Part shown: piece by piece, positions 28,412-37,499 of the stretch | Numbering within the stretch: the stretch's first letter is position 1 | How the letters are laid out: every line of letters starts with the position of its first letter | From: an uncultured bacterium | GTDB taxonomy: Bacteria; Actinomycetota; Thermoleophilia; Solirubrobacterales; 70-9 | Direction of reading: 5' to 3' | Length of the DNA stretch: 64,000 bases | Assembly: GCA_963807745.1 (NCBI GenBank) | Contig: CAWECF010000003.1 | Coordinates: 763,895 to 827,894 of the forward strand | Position numbers and translations under genes: made by a program | The notes under the pieces: model-generated | Database searches by the model: none | Told to the model about the DNA's origin: nothing | Seen by the model: the letters and a program-made list of their open reading frames with translations, nothing else

Positions 28412-29815
28412 ATGACCGACGTGGCGTTTGCGGGGATCGCCCGCCTGTCTGAGATGGTCCGCGCCGGTGACGTCACGCCGACGGACCTCGTCGAGCTCTA
28501 CCTCGACCGCATCAGCCGGCTGGAGCCCGAGCTGAACGCATACCGGGTCGTCCTGGCCGACAAGGCGCGGGACGAGGCCAAGCGGATCGAGGCGCGCCTC
28601 GCCGCCGGCGAAGCGAATCGGATGCCACTTGCCGGGGTGCCGATCGCCATCAAGGACACGGAAGACCTGATCGGCGAGATCACCACCTGGGGCACCAACG
28701 GCTTCGACCAGCCGGCGAAGAACGACGGCGAGATGGTTCGCCGCCTGCGCGCCGCCGGCGCGATCATCCTGGGCAAGACGAACCTCCCCGAGCTTGCGAT
28801 CTGCGGGTTCACGGAGACCAAGGCCTGGGGAATCACGCGTAACCCGTGGGACACATCGCGCACGCCCGGTGGCTCGAGCGGCGGCTCGGGCGCGGCCACG
28901 GCGGCCGGCCTCTGCGCGGGCGCCTCCGGGTCCGACGGGGCCGGCTCCATCAGGATTCCCGCCGCGCTCTGCGGGCTCTTCGGAATCAAGCCTCAGCGCG
29001 ACCGCATCTCGCTCGCCCCGGCGCGCGAGCACTGGCACGGCCTGTCGGTCACCGGTTGCGTCACCCGCACCGTCGAGGACTCGGCGCTCTGGCTCGACGT
29101 CTGCCACGGAGGGGTCGCCGGTGGCCCGCCCCATCCCGACCACTCGTTCGTCGAGGCCTCGCACGCGGTGCCGCGCCGCCTTCGCATCGCCTGGTCCACC
29201 AAGCCGCCCCGCCTGGCGGCTCCGGCGAAGCTCTCCGACGAAGTCGCCCAAGGCGTCGAGGACACGGCGTCCCTCCTGGCCAGGCTGGGTCACGCCGTGG
29301 AGCGCTCGGACCCCGACTGGGGCCTGATCGGCAACAACGTCACCCCGCGTTTTTTGAACGGCATCAAGGTCGAGTTCGACAAGGTGCCGCACCCCGAGCG
29401 CCTGGAGGACCGGACCAAGGGCTTCGCAAGGCTCGGCCGGGCCACCGGCGGGCGCATCGTCAAGAGGGCGCGCCGGGGCGAGGGCAAGGACGCGCGGCGC
29501 ATCCTGTCCCTGTTCGATCGGTGCGACGTTCTCGTCATGCCGGTGACGGGTGAGACCGCCGTCGAGATCGGGCGCTGGGCGGGCCAGGGAGCGCTTCGCA
29601 CCGTCAGCGGGATGTCGCGCACGTATCCCTACACCGGCCCTTGGAACCACCTGGGAAATCCCGCGGCCTCGGTGCCGATCGGCCTCTCGAAGAAGGGCAT
29701 GCCCCTGGCGGTCCAGCTGGTCGGGCGGCCGAACGACGAGGTGACGCTCCTCTCTCTTGCCGCGCAGCTCGAGGCCGAGAGCCCATGGGCGGACAAGCGC
29801 CCACCGGTCTCATGA
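28412..29815 (+). CDS. Amidase (amidase-signature family)
   Basis: 467-aa ORF with GGSSGGSGAA and KDT motifs of the AS family. Confidence 0.88.
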   Translation: MTDVAFAGIARLSEMVRAGDVTPTDLVELYLDRISRLEPELNAYRVVLADKARDEAKRIEARLAAGEANRMPLAGVPIAIKDTEDLIGEITTWGTNGFDQPAKNDGEMVRRLRAAGAIILGKTNLPELAICGFTETKAWGITRNPWDTSRTPGGSSGGSGAATAAGLCAGASGSDGAGSIRIPAALCGLFGIKPQRDRISLAPAREHWHGLSVTGCVTRTVEDSALWLDVCHGGVAGGPPHPDHSFVEASHAVPRRLRIAWSTKPPRLAAPAKLSDEVAQGVEDTASLLARLGHAVERSDPDWGLIGNNVTPRFLNGIKVEFDKVPHPERLEDRTKGFARLGRATGGRIVKRARRGEGKDARRILSLFDRCDVLVMPVTGETAVEIGRWAGQGALRTVSGMSRTYPYTGPWNHLGNPAASVPIGLSKKGMPLAVQLVGRPNDEVTLLSLAAQLEAESPWADKRPPVS

Positions 29816-29853
29816 GCGTTTCGCCAGGTACCAGGTACCTCACATGGCGCTAA
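29812..29853. repeat. 42-nt palindromic intergenic element, copy 1
   Basis: ATGAGCGTTTCGCCAGGTACCAGGTACCTCACATGGCGCTAA. Core AGGTACC-A-GGTACCT. Spans the amidase stop and the ATG of the next gene. A second copy lies at 63156-63197. Confidence 0.6.
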
Positions 29854-30647
29854 CGACGATCGCGCAGGTCTCCGACCCCCACGTCGGCCTCCACGCCGAC
29901 TACTCGGATTCGATCGCGGCCCTGGAACAAGCGGTCGCTGCGGTCGGCGAGCTGAACCCCGCGCCCGTCGCCGTCCTCCTTACCGGCGACCTCACCTACG
30001 ACGGCAACCCCGCGGAGTACGAAGCGGTGCGCGAGATCCTCGAGCCCCTCTCGATGCCGGTCCATCCGATCCCGGGCAACCACGACCGGCGGGAGAACCT
30101 GCGCGCTGCGTTCTCCGAGCACCCGGGCATCGCCGCCGCGGGTGAGTTCTTGGACTACGCGGTGGACTGCGGACCCGTCCGCGTCTTGAACGTGGACACC
30201 TCAATGGAGGGCGAAGCGGGTGGCGCGCTCGGGCCCGAGCGCATCGCATGGATCGAGCGGGAGCTCGGCGGCGCCTCAGGCTCCTCGCTCCTCGCGATGC
30301 ACCACGCCCCGGTCGGAGTCGGCCTGGCCGAGTTCGACGAGATCGGCCTCGCTCAGGACGACCGCGACGCGCTGGCCGAGATGTTCGAGCGTGGCCCCGC
30401 GCCCGAGCTGATCGTCACGGGCCATATCCACCGCTCCGCAACCGCGCAGATCGGCCGGGTGCCCGTCTTCATCTGCCCGTCGGCTCACCGACAGGTCGAG
30501 CTCGACCTGCGGCGCGGGGAGCAGCTTCGGATGGGCAAGGACCCCCCGGCGATAGCCGTCCACGTCCACGGGGCTGACCCGCGGCTCGTGAGCCACGTCA
30601 TCCCCCTCGCCCGCGCTACCCCCGCCGGGCGCGACCCGCGCGTCTAG
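29844..30647 (+). CDS. Metallophosphoesterase (CpdA-like)
   Basis: Start MALTTIAQVSDPH. GDLTYDG, GNHD, HHAP and GHIH motifs. Confidence 0.8.
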   Translation: MALTTIAQVSDPHVGLHADYSDSIAALEQAVAAVGELNPAPVAVLLTGDLTYDGNPAEYEAVREILEPLSMPVHPIPGNHDRRENLRAAFSEHPGIAAAGEFLDYAVDCGPVRVLNVDTSMEGEAGGALGPERIAWIERELGGASGSSLLAMHHAPVGVGLAEFDEIGLAQDDRDALAEMFERGPAPELIVTGHIHRSATAQIGRVPVFICPSAHRQVELDLRRGEQLRMGKDPPAIAVHVHGADPRLVSHVIPLARATPAGRDPRV

Positions 30648-31219
30648 AGCAACTCGTCGATGCGCGAGTTCAGCTCCGGGTCGTCGGGACCCGTCCCCTG
30701 CTCGTAATGCTCGACGACCCGCCCCTTGCGATCCAGCAGGTATTTGTTGAAGTTCCAGGTCGGCTCCCCCGCCGCCGCGGCGAGGCGCTGGTACAGGGGG
30801 TTCGCCGACTCTCCGACCACGTCTGACTTCGCGAACATCGGGAACTCCACGCCGAAGTTCTCCTCGCAGAACTCCGCGATCGCGGCGTCGTCGCGCGGCT
30901 CCTGGCCGGCAACGTCGTCGGCCGGGAAGCCGAGCACCGTAAAGCCTTCCCGGCGACGCTCCTCGTAGAGCTTCTGCAGGCCCTCGAACTGCGGCGTGTA
31001 ACCGCATTCGGATGCCGTGTTCACGACCAGCACGACGTCGCCCTCGAAGTCTGCGAGCTCCTGCTCCTTCCCCGTGAGGAGCGGCAACGACCCCTGGAGG
31101 ACGCTTTCTCCCTGCGGCGCGACGGAAGCGGACGTATCTGACCCTTCATCGCCGCAGGCGGCAACCGCGAGCGTCGCGGCGAGCGCCATCAGGGCGGCTG
31201 CGGGGCGGCGAAGGGCCAT
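30644..31219 (-). CDS. Glutathione peroxidase-like lipoprotein
   Basis: Lipobox LAVAACG. NTASECGYT peroxidatic-Cys motif and FPCNQF-like LGFPADD region. Confidence 0.85.
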   Translation of the reverse strand: MALRRPAAALMALAATLAVAACGDEGSDTSASVAPQGESVLQGSLPLLTGKEQELADFEGDVVLVVNTASECGYTPQFEGLQKLYEERRREGFTVLGFPADDVAGQEPRDDAAIAEFCEENFGVEFPMFAKSDVVGESANPLYQRLAAAAGEPTWNFNKYLLDRKGRVVEHYEQGTGPDDPELNSRIDELL

Positions 31220-31300
31220 GTACCTGAGACTACGGCGGCTCCTGACGCTTGGTTCACTTCCAATCAGCCTGCGTTGCCCTTAGGATGCCGCGCTCGGACC

Positions 31301-31729
31301 ATGAAACACCGAATTCTCATCGCGCTCTGCCTCACACCGGCGTTTATCGCCGGTTGCAGCTCCACCGAGGACTACGTCGACGACGTCAACGAGATCCAGG
31401 AACAGGTGATCAAGGCGTCGAATTCCATCGGCTCCGACGTCAACGCTTCGAAGAAGGAGATCCTCGACGAGCTCGAAGGCGCCAAGGCCGAGGCCGAGGA
31501 AGCCGTCTCGGAGCTCGAGGACGTCGACGTGCCGTCAGATGCCCAGGAAGGGCACGAGCAGCTGATCAAGGGCTTCGAGCACCTGGAGAAGCTCTACGCG
31601 GATGTGCGAAAGCAGGTCGAGTCGGGAAGCGGCGCCGCCTTCGAGGAGCTCCGCTCGGAGGGCACCCGGATCGACAAGGAGATCGACTCGGCGCTCGACC
31701 AGATCAACGAGCAGCTGGGCCTCGAGTAG
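31301..31729 (+). CDS. Hypothetical acidic helical lipoprotein
   Basis: MKHRILIALCLTPAFIAGCSS lipobox. The rest is Glu/Asp/Lys-rich and helical. Confidence 0.55.
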   Translation: MKHRILIALCLTPAFIAGCSSTEDYVDDVNEIQEQVIKASNSIGSDVNASKKEILDELEGAKAEAEEAVSELEDVDVPSDAQEGHEQLIKGFEHLEKLYADVRKQVESGSGAAFEELRSEGTRIDKEIDSALDQINEQLGLE

Positions 31730-31732
31730 GCG

Positions 31733-32248
31733 TCAGCCGCCGCGGGTCAGATCCAGCACGTAGTGCTGGTAGGCGATCTCCGGCCCCCACATGTCCGTTT
31801 GCTCCTCGCTCACGAGGGTGAAGCCGAGGCCACGGTAGATCGAAGCCGCTGCGCGCAGCGCGCCGAAGGTGTCCAGCTCCAGGCGCTCGAAGCCCAGGCG
31901 CCGTGCCTCCGCGACCGCCTCGGTGATCATCCGGCGTCCGATGCCGAGCCCACGCACCTCGGGCGCGAGCACCACCCACCGGATCCTCCCGAGGCCGTCG
32001 CCTTCGTCGGTCAGCCCGATGCAGCCCGCAAGGCGCCCGTCCTCGCCGTCCACCAGCCAGGCCCCGCCGCCCGCGGGCCAGCCGGCCTCGACGGCACGCT
32101 CGACCGTGCCGCGCACGCCCTGGACGAAGCGGTCGTCCATCCCATGCTCGGGCTTGTAGACGCGCTCGTGGATCTCGATGATCGCCTCGGCGTCGCCATC
32201 GCGGACCTCGCGTCTGAGTTCGTAGTCGGTTCTTTGTGCCACGGTCAT
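31733..32248 (-). CDS. GNAT family N-acetyltransferase
   Basis: Start MTVAQRTDYEL. VLAPEVRGLGIGRRM acetyl-CoA-binding motif. Confidence 0.8.
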   Translation of the reverse strand: MTVAQRTDYELRREVRDGDAEAIIEIHERVYKPEHGMDDRFVQGVRGTVERAVEAGWPAGGGAWLVDGEDGRLAGCIGLTDEGDGLGRIRWVVLAPEVRGLGIGRRMITEAVAEARRLGFERLELDTFGALRAAASIYRGLGFTLVSEEQTDMWGPEIAYQHYVLDLTRGG

Positions 32249-32281
32249 CGACAAGCATGATGCCCGCGGCCATTGATCGTC

Positions 32282-32296
32282 GCAACAGTTTGTTGC
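32282..32296. promoter_or_regulatory. Candidate LysR-type operator GCAACA-GTT-TGTTGC
   Basis: Perfect 6-3-6 inverted repeat in the GNAT/LysR divergent intergenic region. Confidence 0.4.
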
Positions 32297-32332
32297 TACA
32301 GGATTCATCTTGATATGAGATAACTTGCCCGG

Positions 32333-33211
32333 ATGGAGCTTCGCCAGCTGCGCTACTTCGAAGCGGTTGCCCGCCACCGGCACTTCACCCGGGCGGCGGA
32401 GGAGCTCCACGTGGCCCAGTCCGCCCTGTCGTCGCAGGTCCGCCGCCTCGAGTCCGAGCTCGGGGCCGAGCTCCTGCGCAGGACGACGCGCTCGGTCGAG
32501 CTGACGGAGGCGGGCGAGTTGGCGGTCGGCCACGCGCGCGCCGCGCTGGCGGAGTCCGACGCGCTCCGCGGCGGGATAGACGAGCTGCGCGGGCTCGAGC
32601 GCGGGACCGTCTCGATCGGCGCGCTGATCGCCGCCGGCGAGATCGACGTGCCCGCCGTCCTTCAGAGGTTCAACCGCCAACACCCGGGCATAGAGATCGA
32701 GTTCCGCGAGGGCACGGCCCAGGAGATGTTCGACCACCTGGCGCGCGGCGAGCTGGATGCCGCCTTCACGCTCGAGGACGGCGCGCCGCCGGCGGAGCTG
32801 GGCAGGCTCGAGATCTCCCGGGAGGAGCTGGTGGTCGCGATGAGCCGCCGCCACCCGCTCGCGGGCGAGGCGCCCCTTCCCATCGCAGAGCTCGACGGCG
32901 AGCCCCTGATCGCCTTCCGCCGCGGCTCCGCCGCACGCCGCGCGATGGACCAGGCGATGGAGCGCTCCGGGACGGCGCCGAGCATCCGCCTGGAGGGCTC
33001 GGACCTGGGCCTGATCCGGGCGCTTGCCGCACGCGGGTTCGGAGTCGCGGTCCTCCCCCGCTCCTTCGCCGAGCTGCCGGGTCAGCCCCTCTCGGTCCGC
33101 CCGCTCGACCCCGGCATCAGCCTTGCGGTGACCTTGATCTGGCGCGACGCCCCGTCCTCCGCCGCGAAGGCGTTCATCGACTTCGTCACGGCCGAGGCAG
33201 GGCTGGCGTGA
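32333..33211 (+). CDS. LysR family transcriptional regulator
   Basis: MELRQLRYFEAVARHRHFTRAAEELHVAQSALSSQVRRLE HTH, followed by a substrate-binding domain. Confidence 0.88.
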   Translation: MELRQLRYFEAVARHRHFTRAAEELHVAQSALSSQVRRLESELGAELLRRTTRSVELTEAGELAVGHARAALAESDALRGGIDELRGLERGTVSIGALIAAGEIDVPAVLQRFNRQHPGIEIEFREGTAQEMFDHLARGELDAAFTLEDGAPPAELGRLEISREELVVAMSRRHPLAGEAPLPIAELDGEPLIAFRRGSAARRAMDQAMERSGTAPSIRLEGSDLGLIRALAARGFGVAVLPRSFAELPGQPLSVRPLDPGISLAVTLIWRDAPSSAAKAFIDFVTAEAGLA

Positions 33212-33280
33212 CGCCTGAGCTTGTGCCAGATCACACGTTTTTCACCGTTTCCCTCCCCCGGCCCGGGGTAGCCGTGGAGC

Positions 33281-33490
33281 ATGGGAATTACAGACAAGAT
33301 CACTGGTAAGGCAAAGCAGGCAATCGGCGACATCACAGGCGACGACGACACCCGTCGCCAGGGCCAAAAGGAAGAGCTCAAGGGCGAGAAGAAGGATCAG
33401 CTCGCCCGCGAGGACGCTCGCGCAGAGCGGGCCGACGAGCGCGCCGATGAGAAGGCCAAGGAGGTTGCGGACCTCGAGCGGCGCACCTAG
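33281..33490 (+). CDS. CsbD family stress protein
   Basis: 69 aa. ITGKAKQAIGDITGDDDTRRQGQKEELKG matches the CsbD pattern. Confidence 0.8.
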   Translation: MGITDKITGKAKQAIGDITGDDDTRRQGQKEELKGEKKDQLAREDARAERADERADEKAKEVADLERRT

Positions 33491-33514
33491 CGCTCAGGTC
33501 CGCATCGACGCATC

Positions 33515-33549
33515 GAGAGCCCGGCCATGTGCCGGGCTTTCTCGTTTCT
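33515..33549 (+). terminator. Rho-independent terminator after the csbD-like gene
   Basis: AGCCCGGC-CATGT-GCCGGGCT, followed by TTTCTCGTTTCT. Confidence 0.65.
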
Positions 33550-33553
33550 ATAG

Positions 33554-33626
33554 AGCGGAAGACGAGGCTCGAACTCGCGACCCCCAGCTTGGGAAGCTGG
33601 TGCTCTACCAACTGAGCTACTCCCGC
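33554..33626 (-). tRNA. tRNA-Gly (anticodon CCC)
   Basis: Reverse complement GCGGGAGTAGCTCAGTTGGTAGAGCACCAGCTTCCCAAGCTGGGGGTCGCGAGTTCGAGCCTCGTCTTCCGCT folds as a cloverleaf. Anticodon loop TTCCCAA. Confidence 0.93.
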
Positions 33627-34031
33627 GTCGAGTCGATTCTATCCCGAATTGAAGCGGGATTCGACCCCTCAGCAGGGCCTTGGTCGGGGTCGGAGCCAAA
33701 GGCGGCGGGGCGCAGGCCAAGACTGTGCGCCGACTGGGGGGAAAGCCGACAACACACGGTCCTGGCCCTGGTCCATCAATCCGCGAGAGGAGTTTGGCGG
33801 GGCATCGCGGCCTGCCCGCGGCGCTTTCTTACCCGCCACAAATGATGGGTAAACCTGAGAAGCGAACGCCCCAGCTGGTGGCCGGGGCGCTCTTCCCGGA
33901 GGGACAGACCGGGATGCCTCCACCCAAGCTACAAAAACTTGAACAACTCGGAAAGAGGCGATGTTGATGCAGCCCGGAATTTCCGTCGGAAAGCGCTCTT
34001 GGCAATCGCCCAATTGGGGCGGCATTCCGTC

Positions 34032-34463
34032 TCAGCGGCTGGAACAGTCGGTAAGCCCAAGTTCTTGGGCGGCCTTCTCTTTCTGCTCGTAGGCCTGCTT
34101 CAACTCGAGTCCTTCTTCCGCCTCGGTGAAGCGGAGTTGCTGCTCGAGCGCAGCCAAGTAACGATCCCACTCGGTTGAGATTCGTGCGGGGGCGTCAAGG
34201 GCTTCCAGGTCTGCGTTGGATTGGTCCCAGTCCCTGTAGTACTCGGCCGTCGCCTCGGGTACGCCTACCCAACTGTCGTTGAAACTGGCGCATATTTCAT
34301 CGGCCTTCGCGATGAAGCTGTCGATGTTCGACCGTTCTTCGCTCGGACGGTTAGTCGCACCTTGGTCGGCGGCGGGCGCTTTCGCCCTGGGCTCCGACTC
34401 ATCGCCGCCACCACAGCCGGCGATCGCCATCACAGCAAAGGCCGTTGCAAGCTTGGATTTCAC
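34032..34463 (-). CDS. Hypothetical lipoprotein
   Basis: MKSKLATAFAVMAIAGCGG lipobox. No recognisable domain. Confidence 0.55.
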   Translation of the reverse strand: MKSKLATAFAVMAIAGCGGGDESEPRAKAPAADQGATNRPSEERSNIDSFIAKADEICASFNDSWVGVPEATAEYYRDWDQSNADLEALDAPARISTEWDRYLAALEQQLRFTEAEEGLELKQAYEQKEKAAQELGLTDCSSR

Positions 34464-34513
34464 AATTGCACAGTAAGCCGGTGAGTAGCGAGAGGAGCCG
34501 GCCGGATCGGCGC

Positions 34514-36945
34514 TCAGCAGCTCACCGGGTCCGGGTCGAGCCCCTGGTCGATCTTCGCCTTTTCCTTGGAGTTGTCGCCCGGCCCGCAGTCGATAAGGAC
34601 GTCCGCGTCGCCGTCCTTCGCGTCGATCACGTCGATGCCGCCGCGGCCCCTGATCTCGTCGGGGTCGCCGCCGCCGACCAGGAAGTCCTTGCCGCCGGAT
34701 CCCAGGATGGAGTCGTCGTCCTCGGAGCCCTGGAAGCTCTCGATCCCGGAGAAGAAGTCCGATCCGATCGAGGGGCCTGTCACGGTTCCCTCTTCGAGGT
34801 CGGCCGTGATTCCGCCAGGCATCGCGTTGTTGTAGCTCAGGTAGTCGGTGCCGCCCTGGCCCGCGATGTCGTCCGAGTCGGCCTGCGGCAGGATGATGTC
34901 GTCGCCGCCGCCCGCGCAGATGAAGTCCTGGCCCGAGTAGGTCGTGATGAAGTCGTCGCCGCCCAGGGCCAAGACGGTGTCGTCCGCCCCGAACCCACCC
35001 TGGATCTGGTCAACCGACTTGCGGCCCACATACGAGTCGGGGCCGGCGACTACCGACTGGTTGCAGCCGGTGAGCTCGACAGCGCCGGCGTCACAGCCGT
35101 CGCGCTGGGGCCGCGGGACGCCGCGTGCATCCGTCTTCAGCGACTTGCCGCCGACCTTGCATTTGTTCGGAGGCACGATGTCGTGGGCCGCGCTCGAATC
35201 GTCCGTGAAGGCGTTCGTGAACGGAATCGTCACCGGCGTGAACGGGGGCTGGCCTGGCACCCCTACAGGCGGGCTGCCGTTGGGGCCGCTGGGATTGAGC
35301 AGGTCGGCGCCGTCGGAGTCGGTCGGCCTGTCGAGCCCGCAGTCGGGATCCGTGACATCGGCGACGTTGAATCCGCCCGACTCGATGTCGGTGCTCGTTC
35401 CGATGGTGCAACCGTCGGAACCCTCGTCGATGATGGACGCCTTGATGGAGATCGGCCGGCCGTTCAGGTCAGCGCCGATCGCATCGCCGTCGCTTGCTCC
35501 GATGCCGGCGACGTTCTCGCGGAAGGTGGAGAACGCGATCGCGACGCTTCCGTCCCCGTCCTCCTCCTCGACCAATAGGCCGCCGCCGGCCGCTCCCGCC
35601 AACGGGACGCTGTTCCCGCTCAGGGTCGAGTTCTCGATGCTGAGATCGACGCCGGCGGCATAGACGCCCCCGCCCAGCTGCTCGGCGCCCCCTGAGATCT
35701 GGTTGTTGGTGACGCTCGTCCTCGACAGGCTCACCGTCTTTGCCGCATTCGATTCGCTCCGGCCCGCGAAGATGCCGCCGCCCTGGGCCCCGCTGCCCGG
35801 GTCGGCGGCAAACAGCGTGTTCCCTTGAAAGACCGACTCCGTGATCTTCGCGTCGGCCAGGGTGAAGAGCCCGCCGCCGGCCTCGACGCCCACGTTGTTC
35901 AGGACCGCAATCCGGTTCGCGACGAGCCGTGCGCTGGTTTCGTCCGCTCCGAACCCTCCGATCTCGATCGCGCCGCCGCGACCCGAGGCGGCATTGTCCT
36001 CCAGGGTCACATCCGTCAGCTTCATCGTCGCCGGCGGGCCGTCGGCCGGCTCGAGCATGGAAATCGCGCCACCCGCTCCTTCGCCCTCGGCCTCGTTCTG
36101 GTTCAGCACGGTGTTGGTGATCGTCAGGTCGGCCCCGAACACCATCACGGCGCCGCCATGCGCCTGCATTGCCCACTCCGGGCGTCGCCGTGTTCCCGAA
36201 GAACCTCGGGCTGCCGAAGATGAAGTCGGGAAACGGTTGCCCCTCGATCACGGTGGGCGCCGTCGAGAAGATCGCGCCGCCGAGCGGGGTCTCGGGCGAG
36301 ATGATCGAGTTGTCGAAGAACTGAAAGTTCCCGCTCACGTCCAGGCGTCTTGCAGAACTCGCACGCCACGGCGCCGCCCCTGTCGATGGCGCTGTTGTCG
36401 TGGAACACGACGTCCTGCATCTTGAGCGCGGTGTTCTCTCCCGTCGCAAGGACCGCACCGCCCGCCGCCTCGCCGCTCTCGATGTCTGAGATCTCGATCC
36501 CGCGCAGGGTCACCGTGCCCTTCGTCGCCTCGAGGACCCGGTCGCTCCACGCGGGCGCCACGTCGATCTGGGGCGGAGACGACGTGAAGGTCTCAGCGCC
36601 GATGATCGTGAGCTTTTCGTTGGCGTTGTAGTCGAGGTCCCCGCCGGCGTTCGTCCCTCCGGCCTCGGGCCGCTGCAGGACCACGCTCCCCGGCATCTCG
36701 ATCCGGTCCTTGTCGGATCCGGCGGCGCAGCCGCCGAACGAGTCGTTCGTCCGCGCCGCCTCGACCGCCTCGCGAAGGGTGCAGGCGCTCGTTCCGCCCG
36801 CGCCGAACTCGTCGACGTCCGTCTCGACCACGATCGTGGTCGCGGCCGCGGGCGTCGCAAGCGCAAGGACCAGCCCGGCGGCGATTGCCCCTACCCGGAC
36901 GGTCAACGCCTCCCCTGAGCGCATTGGCGCGCACGTTACACCCAT
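34514..36945 (-). pseudogene. Large secreted beta-helix protein (CSLREA-type N-terminus, GGA(I/V) repeats, C-terminal RTX Ca-binding repeats) split over three frames
   Basis: Signal peptide plus CTLREAVEAARTN in frame A (to about 36355). LDVSGNFQFFDN...GGAIFS in frame B (about 36344-36170). HGGAVMVFGADLTITN... through GGDDFI, GGGDDII, GGTDYL and GGKDFLVGGGDPD in frame C. Each shift is one extra nt. Confidence 0.7.
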
Positions 36946-36961
36946 CCGTACGCTTTGCCAA

Positions 36962-37499
36962 GTGAGCGGGAAGACCTTCGCAGCGGTGATGGCCGTCATG
37001 GCCGTAATCGCCCTCCTCGTCTTCGGCGTGGCCACCAAGGGCGAGTCGAGATTGGAGCCCGGCGACGCCGTGCCCGCGGCCGAGCTGGAGGTCCTCGCGG
37101 CCGAGGATTCACCCGACTGCCGGCACCACCGCATCCGTCGAGGACTACCGCGGCCAGTGGGTCCTGGTCAACATCTGGGCCTCCTGGTGCGGGCCCTGCA
37201 AGGACGAGGCGCCCGACCTCGTTGATTTCCAGGACGAGAACGGCGGCGGCGACTTCACGGTCCTCGGCATCCAGACCCAGGACGGGACGGATGACGGCCT
37301 CGACTTCGCCGACGAGTTCGAGCTCAACTACCCCTCCATCAGAGACGGCTCAGGCGACTACGCCGACGAGCTCGGCGCCTCAGGCGTCCCCGAGACGATC
37401 CTCGTGGACCCCGAGGGCAAGGTCGCCTACACCCGCCCCGGCCCCGTGGACGAGCAGATCCTCCAGGCCGAGATCCTCCCCCTCATCCAGGGCGCATGA
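36962..37499 (+). pseudogene. TlpA/ResA/CcmG-like thiol:disulfide oxidoreductase with an internal frame break
   Basis: TM anchor VSGKTFAAVMAVMAVIALLVFGV...GDAVPAAELEVLAAEDS in one frame. YRGQWVLVNIWASWCGPCKDEAP...GVPETILVDPEGKV in the next frame, which has no in-frame start. The break lies at about 37105-37120. Confidence 0.7.

Noticed and set aside
28409-29650. 413-aa minus-strand ORF opposite the amidase gene
   Set aside because: It has shadow-frame composition, and the amidase signature sits in the plus frame.
33680-33967. 95-aa plus-strand ORF, and overlapping minus-strand ORFs, in the spacer next to tRNA-Gly
   Set aside because: They have Gly/Pro/Arg/Lys-rich composition, no RBS, mixed GC3 and mutually overlapping frames. 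The region is treated as non-coding.
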